Assembly (NCBI GenBank): GCA_951406725.2
Contig: OX597816.1
Location: 8,308,001 to 8,372,000 of the forward strand
Direction of reading: 5' to 3'
Source: Octopus vulgaris
Taxonomy: Eukaryota
Length of the DNA stretch: 64,000 nt
The notes beneath the pieces are model-generated. The model searched no databases and was not told where the DNA came from. It worked only from the letters and a program-made list of their open reading frames with translations. How positions within the stretch are numbered: position 1 is the first letter of the stretch; the number at the start of each line of letters is the position of its first letter. Positions 12,701-26,000 of the stretch are shown piece after piece. Position numbers and translations under genes: made by a program.

Positions 12701-15700
12701 GCCATGGTGATGAAGTTGCTGTCAATCTCCTTTGAGGTAGGGTCCTGGTTGTCTGCCAATCCTGATTATGGGGCATATCACATCATCATTTAATGTCCAT
12801 TTTCCATGCTGGCATGGGTTGGACAGTTTAATTTGACATGGTTTCTATAACCGGATTCCCTTCCTAATGCCAGCCACTCCAAGAGTGTAGTGGGTGCTTC
12901 TTACATGCCACCGGCACTGGTGCCAGTTATGAAACACCAGTTTTGGCTACAACTGTGGTCTCACTTGGCTTGGCAGGTCTTCTCAAGCATAGTATATAAC
13001 CAAAGATCTTGATCACCTGTCACTGCCTCTGTGAGAGCGCCACTATATGTGGAAATGAATGTTGCTTTTGTCCATAATTGCTCTCAGTTCAATTCCACTC
13101 TTGCCTGCATTGTCTCAGTTGAGTCAGCAGGGTCTCCTGTTGGTTCCTTTGTTAAATTGTCTTTGAATGTCTTCAGTTTCATATTTTGCCTTCATGTCTG
13201 GAATTTTAGCTTCAGTTCTTCTCCTGGTTCCGCTTCATAAACTAAGTCATCGGCATACAGGTAGTTCCAAGGCCATAACCAAATCCACACCAATTGTCAA
13301 GCAGTTAGGGTACAGCTTGCCAGCCTCCTCAACACTCCTCACCTCTCCCATTCTGACCTACCCCCACATCTCTCAGGGATTCCTAACCATCCATGCATAC
13401 TTTTATAATGTAGGATAACACCTTGCCTTCCCCCCCCCCCCCACCTTACACATCTTATCCTATCACCTTTTCACTCTGTCCCTCAGTTTTCTCAATAACC
13501 CCCAATCCTTTCCCTTCACCCCAATAGTGTCTGCTCAGTTACTTCCTCCACTACCCTCCTATCACAGCTGTTCCTTTCATCTCTTTCATCACCCTGCCTA
13601 CAATCATTCATTATACCCTCTTCTATTCTTTCTCGTTTGTAAGGGCCATTAAGGTTTTTGGAGCAACATAAAATGAAGTGATTTGCTTCAGGACAGTCCA
13701 AGGATTGAAACCATGGCCTTGCAATCATGAGTGCAACACTCTATGTGTGTGTGTTTTTGTGTATACCCTTGTCTAGACATCATTTGATGATTGTAAACAA
13801 GCATCACTGTTATACAAGTGGTGTTGTTTATTGCCAGTCTTCCATGGGAAACATGTCTGACCATGGAAAAAAATATAACCTGGTTTGGAAACAGGTGGCA
13901 GTTGGTAACAGGAAGGGCATCTGGCCATAGAAAATCTGCTTCACTAGATTCCATCTCACCCATGCAAGCAAGGAAAAGTGGATGCTAAACAATGATGCTG
14001 ATGTTATGTATGTATGGGTGGTGGTTTGTAAGGTAGTCTGGGAAGGTGAATGAGTAGGGGACAATAGAGAGATGCAGAAGAAGGGGCAGGGGCAATGAAC
14101 ATCAGAAGTAGTAAAAATGATACAGATGCTGCTGAGGTGGAAGGGGAGAGTGCATGAGGTGGAGGAGAACCCAAAATATGGCCCTACCAGGATTTAGTTT
14201 TGTTGAGAAGAGCAAGTCATTTTGGGAACTTCATATTGCCAGATATCCCAGTCCTTTGTCATTTCATCTGTCTGGCTCAGGAGTCCTGGGGTCAGCTTTC
14301 ACTACTTAATCCCATGTCCTCTGCAGGTTCCAACCACATTCAGCAACTGGCACTTCCTCTTACAGCAGTCCTCATTCATTTGCATCACATGACCACACCA
14401 GTGCAGTCTTCTTGAACACATTTGATTCCTCTTATACTCTGCTTTTCACTCAACTCTTTTGAACTATATTCTATTGTGTCTGGGGAGAGTCATTTTCTTT
14501 TTGTGCCTTATAATGTAACACACTCACCGGTAAAATTTCCACTTATTTCTTATTTCTATTTTTCTAAAATTTTACCGGTGAGTGTATTAAATAATAAGGC
14601 ACAAAGAGACAATGATTCTCCCCAGACACAACAGAATATAGTTCAACACACGAACTCATATAAAGAATCTTGCAAACCAAATCCAAAAACGAAATCTTTT
14701 GAAGTAATTCTTTCACGCACACTGCACATTCATCTCTTTGCATGCCTGCTTCATTTCTTTCCAGTTTTCTCAAGTCTTCTGCATTCAAAGCCCATGTCTC
14801 ACTATCATGTAGCATCACAGTTCTAACACAAGCATCATACAGTCTGCCCTTCACTCTGAGGGAAAAGATCTTTGTTACTAACAGCAGTGGTTGTATCTCT
14901 CTGAACTTTTCCCATCCAGTTCTTACTCTAGCAAATATATATTTCTTTACTACCCACAAGGGGCTAAACACAGAGGGGACAAACAAGGACAGACAACGGA
15001 TTAAGTCGATTACATCGACCCCAGTGAACTGGTACTTAATTTATCGACCCCAAAAGGATGAAAGGCAAAGTCGACCTCGGCGGAATTTGAACTCAGAACG
15101 TAGCGGCAGACAAAATACCGCTAAGCATTTCGCCCGGCATGCTACCGCCTTTAGCAAATATACTTTAAGAGTAGCCAGACACCTCAACACCATCATGCCT
15201 TGTAGCTCTTCCTGGTCTTCCACCTTTTATTGTTCTTTTCCATACTAGATGTGAATAGCCTTGCAAGTTCCTCTGCAGAAACTTGTTCTGGCCCTTTCCC
15301 TCTTCTCTCTATCTCTCATACAAATTCCCTCATTCCCAAACACAAAGCTGACCCCCCCAGTGCTCAACTGGTACTTATTCTATCAATGACCCTGAAAGGA
15401 TGAAAGGTAAAGTCAACCTCAGCGGAATTTGAACTCAGAACATAAAGACAGACAAAATGCTGCTAACCATTTAGTCTGGCACACTAATGATTCTGTGTGC
15501 TCACCACCTTTTACTTCTAGTAAATAATCCTTGTTTAGCTTCCTCTCTTCATGCTGGCATAATTGGACAGTTCTAGAGGACTGTGGTGTACTCCAGTGGC
15601 TGTCTCTGCATAGTTTCTACAGTTGGATGTCCTTCCTAATGCCAACCACTTTACAGAGTGCGCTGGGTGATTTCTTGTGTGGCACCGTCACTCTTGAGGT

Positions 15701-18700
15701 CACCTTACAACTTTCAACACTAACTGAAGAAGTAAAGAGAGAAAAAAAATGAAGTTTGGTGAGGAATGGATTTATAGTTTAGAGTAGGGGTCTCCAAACT
15801 TTTTAGACTATCGACCCCTTTCATGGAATCCTTCACCCCTCATCAACCCCCCAGGCATGTACCAGAAAATAAATAAATAATAATAATTAAGTAGGCGTGC
15901 ATTTATTAACACCTTGAATAGTCCCATCAACCCCCCCCCCCCCCCCAGGCTTGGTATTGATCACTTTGGAGACCCCTGGTTTAAAAGATGAACAGAGTGA
16001 TAAGGATGATGAGGTGGCTGGGTAGAGAGAGTTCAGAGCAAGTTTGGTGGAGGAAAGGGATTTTCACAGATCTTCCAACCCATTCTGGCATGGTAGAAAG
16101 ACTGACCCACTCCATCACTGGCTCCACCTACTTGACCCACATCCTCATCACCATAGAAACCGTGTCAAAGATGAGACATGACATCAAAGTAAAATGTGAC
16201 TCCCCAGCCTATTGAATCTTGTCAAAACATCCTACCTTATGCCTAAATGGAGAAAGTACACATAAAATGCTGCTCATGATGATAATGATTGATATATATA
16301 TGTAAATGTATGTGTATAGATGCAGGTATATACAGATGCTAACTATATTTGCAGGAGCTTAAATCTGATAATGATGATTTTGTGGTTGCCTCCACAAACA
16401 GAGATGGAATTTGTGATGACTCTACTTGGGGTAAGTAAATGATAATACTGAAATATTGTTCTTGTTTTGTTTTGTTGGTGTCATTGTTTAATGTGTATAT
16501 AAATACATGACATTTTACATTTCATAGTGAGTGAAACTGTAACTGTACTCTGTTCATATTTCAAATTGTGTACCTGTAAGGTAGTCATGAGAGCAGAAGG
16601 CATCAGTTAGGATAGGCTTCAGGCTATGGAACCGCAGGAGGGAGGAAATGTCTTTAAATGCAGAAGACATGTCCTGAACGATCTGTTTAACTCTTAGAAA
16701 GACGAGAAAACAGATCTCATAAAGGTTGTAATCGTAATTTTCTGTATGTATATTATTATTAATTACTCTTTTACTGGTTTCAGTCATTTTGACTGCGGCC
16801 ATGCTGGAGCACCGCCTTTTGTCGAGCAAGTCGACCCCCAGGACTTATTCTTTGTAAGCCCAGTACTTATTCTGTCGGTCTCTTTTGCCGAACTGCTAAG
16901 TTACGGCGACGTAAACATACCACCATCGGTTGTCAAGCGATGCTGGGGGAGAGAAACACACATACATATATACGACGGACTTCTTTCAGTTTCCGTCTAC
17001 CAAATCCACTCACAAGGCTTTGGTTGGCCCAAGGCTATAGTAGAATACACTTGTCTAAGGTGCCACGCAGTGGGACTGAACCTGGAACCATGCGGTTGGT
17101 AAGCAAGCTACTTACCACACAGCCACTCTTGCTGTTATTTTTGTAAGAAATTTCAACACCCAATATCAGAACTGGTTTTGGTTACTGAACAGTGTACTTA
17201 GCTGATCATTGCACACAATTTAGTGCTTTACAGCAGATCATAAATGAAGCACCAACAAGAAGAGGCAATGCTTTTGATCCTGTTTTAACTGTTTCATCTG
17301 CAGAAGCCCAGAATTTTGACATAGCCGGGCACCTTGTGCTGGTAAAGCTAAATATTCCACTGTACCAAGATGATCGTGTAAAAAGTTTGGTGTTACAAAA
17401 GAACAAACTTCATAGGACATGTATTACTGTCTTTAATTAAATGGAAAGACATTAAAGAAATGTGCATTCGAGTGACAGCAACTGTTTGTAAAGCTGTGGA
17501 CACTTTCATCCCATTTTAAAGTCATGAGTAAGAAGCTAGATGAGAAAACATGGTTCAGTGTTGAATGCAATATTATTTCCAGAACAACGTGACACTTCTT
17601 CCGTCCATTGAAGAAGAGCAATACTCAAGGGAACAAATGAAGGTTTACGAAAGCAAGACACAATCAGACAGAGAGTAAGGCGAAAAGAAATTCCAGTACC
17701 AGATTAAGACAACACCTAACAAGTGACTATCTCAGCAGTAAGAAGTAGTAGAGTATACTAAACTGTCTCTGGGAAAGCATCTGTGATATTGAGTATAATG
17801 CAACTGCATATCCGATGAGAAGAGGTTAAAAGCTGACCATCTTTTGCCAAGATTTTCTTGTAAAGAGTTGTTTGCTAAACACTGGGGATCAGTCACCAGT
17901 GAGTAGCTGACCTGTTGCAATGCTGCAGGTTCTGATCTCCAACACCAAAGATATTATGAAGATAAATGCAGGACCTCACATTTGATAAATCAAAATAAAA
18001 ATCAAATGGAAATTGTAGTTAAGACACTGTGCTGGTGGCACGTAAAAAGCACCGTCCGAACGTGGCACATGCCAGCGCCGCCTGACTGGCGTCCATGTTG
18101 GTGACACGTAAAAGCACCAACCGATCGTGGCCGTTTGCCGGCCTCCTCTGGCCCCTGTGCCAGTGACATGTAAAAAGCACCCACTACACTCACGGAGTGG
18201 TTGGCGTTAGGAAGGGCATCCAGCTGTAGAAACACTGCCAAACCAGACTGGAGCCTGGTACAGCCTTCATGGCTTACCAGACCCCAGTCGAACCATCCAA
18301 CCCATGCTAGCATGGAAAACGGACGTTAAATGATGATGATGATGAAAGGATTAAAGCAATGTTAATGTGAGATCCATCAGGGACGCTCTTTCAGATCAAC
18401 CCATTTGATTGATCACATATCAATTATTTATTGGTCCCTACAAGACTTTGTATTTGCATCACTTCTGTTCTTAGTCTTCTTAGATGATAGGATCAATGGC
18501 TGTGAAAACGAACTGTACTTCCATGCTAACGACTCCACACTGTTTGCATCGATAAGTTTAAAGAGAGAAAGCAGTGCAGTAGTCTTGTAAAATAAGAACT
18601 CACCCAAACCTTGTGTTACATTTTTTGAATTTTAAGCTTCCTATGAAAAGTAGTTTGAAATTCCAAGAGTAACCAGAGGTGCAGAAGAAATTGCAAACAA

Positions 18701-19851
18701 GTTGAACAAGGAAGATAAAACCACTTCTGAAATATGTCATGTCTGTGTTGGACAAATGCCACACTAAACTATTCGTTCAACTCCCTACAGTTCAAAAGAG
18801 GCTCTTAGGATCATTGCAGTTGCAGTTGATGGAGCAGATACTGCAAATTCAGGGTTGTTGCAACTGTTCTCTGCAAACTGCACTCAAACCAGAACTGAAA
18901 GCAATGCTGCTACTCTAATTGTGTGAAAGATGCTTTTTGACAAGGGCCTCTACATTGATGTCTATATATTGCATCTCGGCTTCTGTACTGAAGAAAACAG
19001 CTTCTTCTATGAGCTACAATATAAAAATCTGCTGTTATTTAGAATTCTTATCCTAAATTTTGCAACTCACTTAAGAAACAGAGAAAATGAATATTTGAAA
19101 AATTAGTCTAATAGATTAATCTAGCGATTTTATAAGGATTAATAGGAGTTTAACTATTCAGAATTTTTTCTTCTTTCTCTCTACTATTTTAAATCACATT
19201 TTTCTATTTCAATCCAATTATACTAAAGCAGTTTAGGATTATAAAAATGTTGCATGGAATGAGTTTGTATTTGATTAATTCACATTTCTGTTTGTTTTAA
19301 TTTTGCATTTTTTTTCCCCCCTTGTTTCTGCCATTACAGACAGCGTTGAGAAGGGGGACACTCTCTACATACTCAACACTCTTCTGCAAGAGTTGTGTGC
19401 CCCTGCACAGCAAAGGGTCAATTTCCTCCCACATTATGACACAATTGTTAAAGGTGGCATGTATGAGTATTATGCTTCGGAAGGCCAGAATCCTTTACGT
19501 GAGTAATATTTCTTACCATTTTATTCTGTACTAACTTGTTTCTAATGTAATCTTTGCCAAATAAGGCAAAAGCAATATGACCAAATGGATAAGGCATTCT
19601 TTTATCAGCCCTTAGATTTTGAGATTCTAAAATTAATCTCAAAACACAAAACTGATGACCATTCCTTGCTAGTTGGTCATTGCAGTAAAATATGGTTTTT
19701 TCATGATTGACCTGGTGATCTTATCTCTGGCTATTTTGACACTTATGTTTCTCTGTTCAGAAGGACTGAACGATCACAACTCTTCCTACAAGTCTGAATG
19801 TTTGTATCATTGCAAGACATCAAAATTACAAATTTGATATTTTCATATTGC

Positions 19852-19894
<43 letters not shown>

Positions 19895-20040
19895 TGTATA
19901 ACTAAGACTATTTTTATCAAACCCATTTTGCTCAGTCAGATATCACTTTAAAGATATATATATATTTATATAATATATCTATACTGATAGACATTGTTAT
20001 GTATAGTCTTTGTCAGTTTTCATATATGTATTAGATATCC

Positions 20041-20074
<34 letters not shown>

Positions 20075-23000
20075 CACCATGACTGACCAGGCTATCAGAT
20101 GTTGCTACACATCGCTAGTCACAATGCACTTCGCATTGTTTTAGCCTTCAAATGATGCCACCCTTCTGGCTAAGTAAGCAGGCCAACAGAAGAAAGAGTG
20201 AGAGAAAGTTGTGGTGAAAGAGTACAGCAGGGTTCGCCACCAACCCCTGCCAGAGCCTCGTGGGGCTTTAGGTGTTTTCGCTCAATAAACACTCACAACG
20301 CCCGGTCTGAGAATCGAAACCACGATCCTACGACTGTGAGTCTGCTACCCTAACCACTGGGCCACTGCGTCTCCACCATATATATATATATATCTTACAT
20401 TTATATTGCATGAAAAATGCACATCTGTGCAAGTGTCATGTTTCCAACAGAGAACTCCTTGCATGCATCAGCCTACAGCCTCCCACTTCATAGCTGCTAT
20501 GCACCACTACAGACATGTCCTCTGACCCCCACCCCCACCAGAATGTCCTATCAGGGCCTTACTCCCAAACATCGCAGCAGCTGCGAGTTGGAAGAGGCCC
20601 CATGGCAGACCTCACACCAGATGGCTGGAAATGATTAAGGAAGATCTCCAGAGTCTCGGCATCGTCTTGGAGGATGCAGAGGTGTTGGCACAGGACTGCC
20701 AATGATGGGGAGCAATGGTGGACCTGGTTGGCTCTACATAGGATGATGCCCCTGGGACCATTAAACTGAGATCACCCCAGCCCCATCAAGCAAGCACATG
20801 AAGCAAATGTGAAGATAAGATGGTTAAATAAGAACAACACATTAAAAATTAAATACAGGACTGTTTATTCTTTATTGATAGAACTGCTTGGCTGCTTGCT
20901 GAAATCCCTAAATTGTCCAAAGTTTTTTTTGATAATCTTTTTAATATTCTTCTCGGTTCACCGCACACAGAACAAAACCTACATGGTCTGTTAAACACAC
21001 AGCATTTATGGTGTTTATAAAATAGTTGATTGGTAAACTATGGAAGGAAATCCAATACAATCTCTTATAGATACAACAATTATAATATTAACCAACTTTT
21101 GTCTACTTATGTCACACTAAACTATGGAACAAAGTCAAAGTCCTACTCTATTGTACATTCGTACACGTATTATAATTTATTTTCCAATAAATTGTTTCAA
21201 GAATTGTCATTAAAAAGGTCTCTTTTACTCATCAGTCAATTATCATCATCAGCATTATTGCGGACGTTAAATGATGATGATGATAATAATTGACTGATGA
21301 GTAAAAGAGACCTTTTTAATGACAATTCTTGAAACAATTTATTGGAAAATAAATTATACGTGTTTGTATGTATGTATGTATGTATGTATGTATTAATATA
21401 TATATATATATATATAATTATGCATGCACATACATATTTGTATGTGTGTATGAGATCAACTTTTTAGACTTCGGCTCATTAGAGCAGCTATCCTACTTCA
21501 TTCAGTGATAGTCTAACTATATGCGTTTTCTTCTGATACAAAAATAAACATGTACAACATATTGAGATTTATTAAAACATCATTTAAACACCACCATTAT
21601 CATAGAATTTTTTTTTTTTTTTTTAGCTAAGGTTGTTAACTGCATTTGCTGGCAGAGTTAACACACCACGCAAAATGCTAAGTGGCATTTCATCCATCTT
21701 TATGTTCTGAGTTCAAATTCCACCAGGGTCAACGTCTCTTTTCATCTTTTCAGGGTCAATAAAATAAGTACCAATTAAGTACTGGGGTCAATGTAATTAA
21801 CTTAGCCCCTTCCCCAAAATTGCTGACTTTGTGCCAAAATTTGAAACCAATATATATTATTATTCCATCCAGTAATTTTATAACATAGGGACAGTGGAAA
21901 AGTGAAGTGAAGCTGACTGTAGCTCTTTCTAGGATTTGTTTGCTTATCACCTTTGTTGAGGTAGACCCAGGAAGACCTGGGATGAGGTGGTGAAGTACAA
22001 CCTTTGAACATTGGGCCTCGCAGAGGTAATGACAAGCAACCAAGACCTTTGGAGATATGGTGTGCTTGAGAAGACCTGGGGAGCCAAGTGAGATTGTAGT
22101 CGTGGCCGATGCCAGTGTTGCATAAACATCCTGTTTAAAAGTACCCCTTCAATCGTTGGACAATATGCTGTGCTTGAGAAGACCTGTAGAGTCAAGTGAA
22201 ATCGTTGCTATGGCCGATGCCAGTGCCACCTGACTGGACTCTGTGCCAGTGACACATAAAGGGCATCCACTACACTCTCAGAGTGGTTGGCGTTAGGAAG
22301 GGAATCCATCTGTAGAAACCTTGCTAGATCAGATTGGAGCCTGGTGCAGCCTCCTGGCTTACCAGACCTCAGTCAAATGTCCAACCCATGCCAGCATGGA
22401 AAACGGACATTAAACAATGATGATGGTGATGAAAGATAAAGCTCACAGATAACACTTTCAGTGTAAAAGAATTGACAAATGTGTAAGAACAATCAATCTT
22501 CAGAGTTGTTCTCTCCTGAGATTCTACTTTCAATGGTATTTGGATGGATTTTACACCATCTCAAGAATTAATTATTTCAGTAAAAATACATTTTCATAAA
22601 AATGATGGATTTCATAGTTTTCTAAAAACTTGTAGCAACTGTTTTCAAAGTCACTGGAATTTCTAGATACTTCTAGTCTATAATAATTGTTTTGAAATGG
22701 AATTCTAAGAGGATATTATAAATCAAAAGTTTAAAAAAAAGGGTGTGGGGGTCACATAGAAAAGGCTTTTTAGTTTCATTTGTTTTTAAAAGTTTTGTAT
22801 TTAATTTAGTCCTCTTCAAATTTTGAGTGTACAGTTTTTGGCAAAATGTTATTTGTAGAATTTCTGACCCCTTCAACTCATTTTTATGATAACTCATTAG
22901 CTGAGTTTCTTTATTTTGTATACAGCTGTAATAATCCTTTCTACTATAGGCACAAGGCCTGAAATTTTTGGGGAGGGGTTAAGTCAATTACATCGATCGC

Positions 23001-26000
23001 AGTACTCAACCAGTACTTAATTTATCGACCCCAAAAGGATGAAAGGCAAAGTCAACATCGGCGGAATTTGAACTCTGAATGCAAGGATGGGTGAATTGCT
23101 GCTAAGTGTTTTACCTGGCCTGCTAACGATTCTGTCAGCTTGCTGCCTCATACACAGATGTAATAACCTAATCTGTTTTTCTTCGTTTATTAAGCTTATG
23201 CATTTGCTGAGTTGATCGACAATGCCTTAACAGCCACAGCAAATAACAATGCTGACCGTAACATCGAAATCAGATTGGTGAGTAATTAATCCTTCGATGC
23301 TTCCGTGGAATTTTATATAAACAATATGTAAATTGGATGTGTTTCATGTGTTTGTTTTTTTTTTGTCTTTGAACAGCATTTTGATGAAGGGAATCCAAAT
23401 CGAAACTGTATCTTTGTCCTTGATAACGGCAAGGGTATGACACCTCGGCAACTTAACAACTGGGCTATCTACAGACTTTCAAAATTTATAAGAAAGGATA
23501 AACGGCGGTGAGTTGAGTCACTTATATTCGAGCTGACCTTTGTAGGTCACCTCGAAACTCTGTCTTTAACTTTGATATTCATTATTCTTGATTGTTATTA
23601 GGATTTGGTTCAAGCAGATTTCAGTTTATTTAACGAGAAATGAAATCTATTTGTGCCTTATGTAAAAATGATCAAAGTTGCCATGGTACCAAATATAGTT
23701 CTAATCTCACTAAAATCCAATTTCTAATCATTTATGTAACTTTCTTTACAGCTTTAATCTCATAGAAGCTGTGTTGGTGTTCCAGTTAATTTATATACAT
23801 CAGATGTACATGTGCACACATGCACACACATACACACACACGTGACTGTGGCCATGCAGGGGCACTTTATTATCCCTTTGATGATAGAAAAAGATCATCA
23901 CTGCTACTCTGGTCTTTGTCAGTTGCTGCAATGTGGATTTGTCAGGGAATAGGGATTGCAGGATGTTGAAATCTCCTCCATGTATATAATGTTTTGAAGA
24001 ACAGTGGCCCCTTTAAAACCCAGGTGGCTACAGTACCTTATTCTCATTTAGAAGGAAAGCTGAACTTTTACCAATTTTAACATCCCTATTTACAAATTGA
24101 AATGCCTGCATTGTGAGGGGATGCTGAAAAGTTCCTAGCTTTAAGGGTGTCCTGAAAGGCCTAGTTTAAGGCTCAACCTTCTGAGTTCTTTTACAGGGCT
24201 TAGAAAAACTGAAGGGCCTCTGCAATAATTGTGTGTATCTGAGAGGGGAACATGTTTAATAAAATCGTAATTAACTGATCCTCCTGTGTTTTCTTTTTCC
24301 CAAAACCAGGAACCTTTCAGCACCCCCTCATACATTTCCTTTTAGGCAATATAATTACAAAACTGTCGGCCTCTCCTAAGAAGTCATCTGGGGCAACGCA
24401 TCCATCTTGTGTAATAGGGGACTTCGGGTTATGTGTTGTTCAGGAGTGAGCTTGGTTGTATGAGTTGACCGTAGCTGTGAGTGTGAGTTGAACTTGTAAC
24501 TTTGTAATTTGTGCAACTGTCAGTTGATTTGTGTTCCAACTGAGTGATGAAAATATTTTTGTTTTGCATGGTCCGCCTGACTGGCCCCAGTGCCAGTGGC
24601 ACATAAAAAGCACCATCCGAACGTGGTTGATGCCAGTACCCCCTGACTTGCTCCTGTGCTGGTGGCATGTAAAAAGTACTATCCGAATATGGATGATGCC
24701 AAGCCTGCCTGACTGGCTCCCATGCTGGTGGCACATAAAAAGCACCCACTACACTCTCAGAGTGGTTGGCGTTAGGAAGGGCATCTAGCTGTAGAAACAT
24801 TGCCAGATCAGACTGGAGCCTGGTGCAGCTACTGGCTCTCCAGACCTCAGTCAAACCATCCAACCCATGCCAGAATGGAAAATGGACGTTAAAAGATGAT
24901 GATGATGAAGTAATTAAGGTTTACTTAACGAAGACAGTAGGTAGGGGAGTCTGCAATATGTGATCTACTTCAGTGATTCTATTTTGTGTACCTAGTGGCT
25001 GGTTTTGGTGTGTGAAATTGCTCTAAAATTTAGGTGGAAATTTAAGTTTTCTGTATTATTACTCTCTCATTTTGAAGGTGAAACTTTCTTTTCATTGTCT
25101 TTGAGCAGCATTTTTAATAGTTCCTAACATTTTCTGTTACTTGTTTACTGAAATAATTTGAGATTTTTTTTTTTTTTTGTATCAGTTATTTTCATGAAAG
25201 ATTGACATTTCTTAGAATGTTGTGAAACCCCCAAATGAGGGCATATTTATAGCATCTGTATTGAAAAAAGAAAACATTTAAACATTTGAGAAATTAAGAA
25301 TTTAATGAAAAGTTTGTAGGGATTTTTCTAATTTTTGGATTAAACTGTTTATAATTAATATTAAATTGTTTGATGATGTGGAGGAGGAAATTTTATACTG
25401 TGTATTACTCAGAATGGTGTCCTCATTTTAGCTGTGTACACTCCAGCCTTCTTAAAGTCCTGTAGTTCACCTAAGTGCCTTGCTTAAAATTGAACTCAGA
25501 ACCTAGTGCCTTTATCTTTACTATGCATCTACTTTTGGTTCTCATTACTCTCTTTCTTTACTTATTGTTACTCCAGTCCCCTCTTCTCCTTTTTCAAATT
25601 GCCATGCATCTGTCTATTGTATACAGCAAACTCATCACTGTTATTTTGGGATCAATTAATTTTAAACAGAATTCTTAAATCTGGAGAACAAAGAGTTTAT
25701 TAACTTGAATTTAAGCTAACTGATGCCGATGGATATATTTGCATGTACTTTATTACAGTACATCTAGTGTCTTACATTAGATAGGTTTGCTTCTAGTTTA
25801 GTAACTGTATACAAGGAGGAAATGTAATATTTGGTTTTGGATATTTTGGTGGGAATTTCATTGAAGCACACACTCATTATATATAATGTGCGTGTGTAGT
25901 TGAAAAAAGAGTAGAGATCTATACAAATAAAATTTTTATATTCGTGGCCGTTGCCAGCGCCGCCCCAACTGGCCTCCGTGCCGGTGGCACGTAAAAAGCA

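Noticed and set aside
19341-19343. Alternative acceptor (acagacag) at exon 3
   Set aside because: A 4-nt shift breaks the frame; the upstream AG matches the exon 2 phase.
21293-21340. CTGATGA...GAAAC hammerhead-like words
   Set aside because: No stem II closing at GAAA and no stem I/III partners; the sequence is one arm of the perfect inverted repeat.
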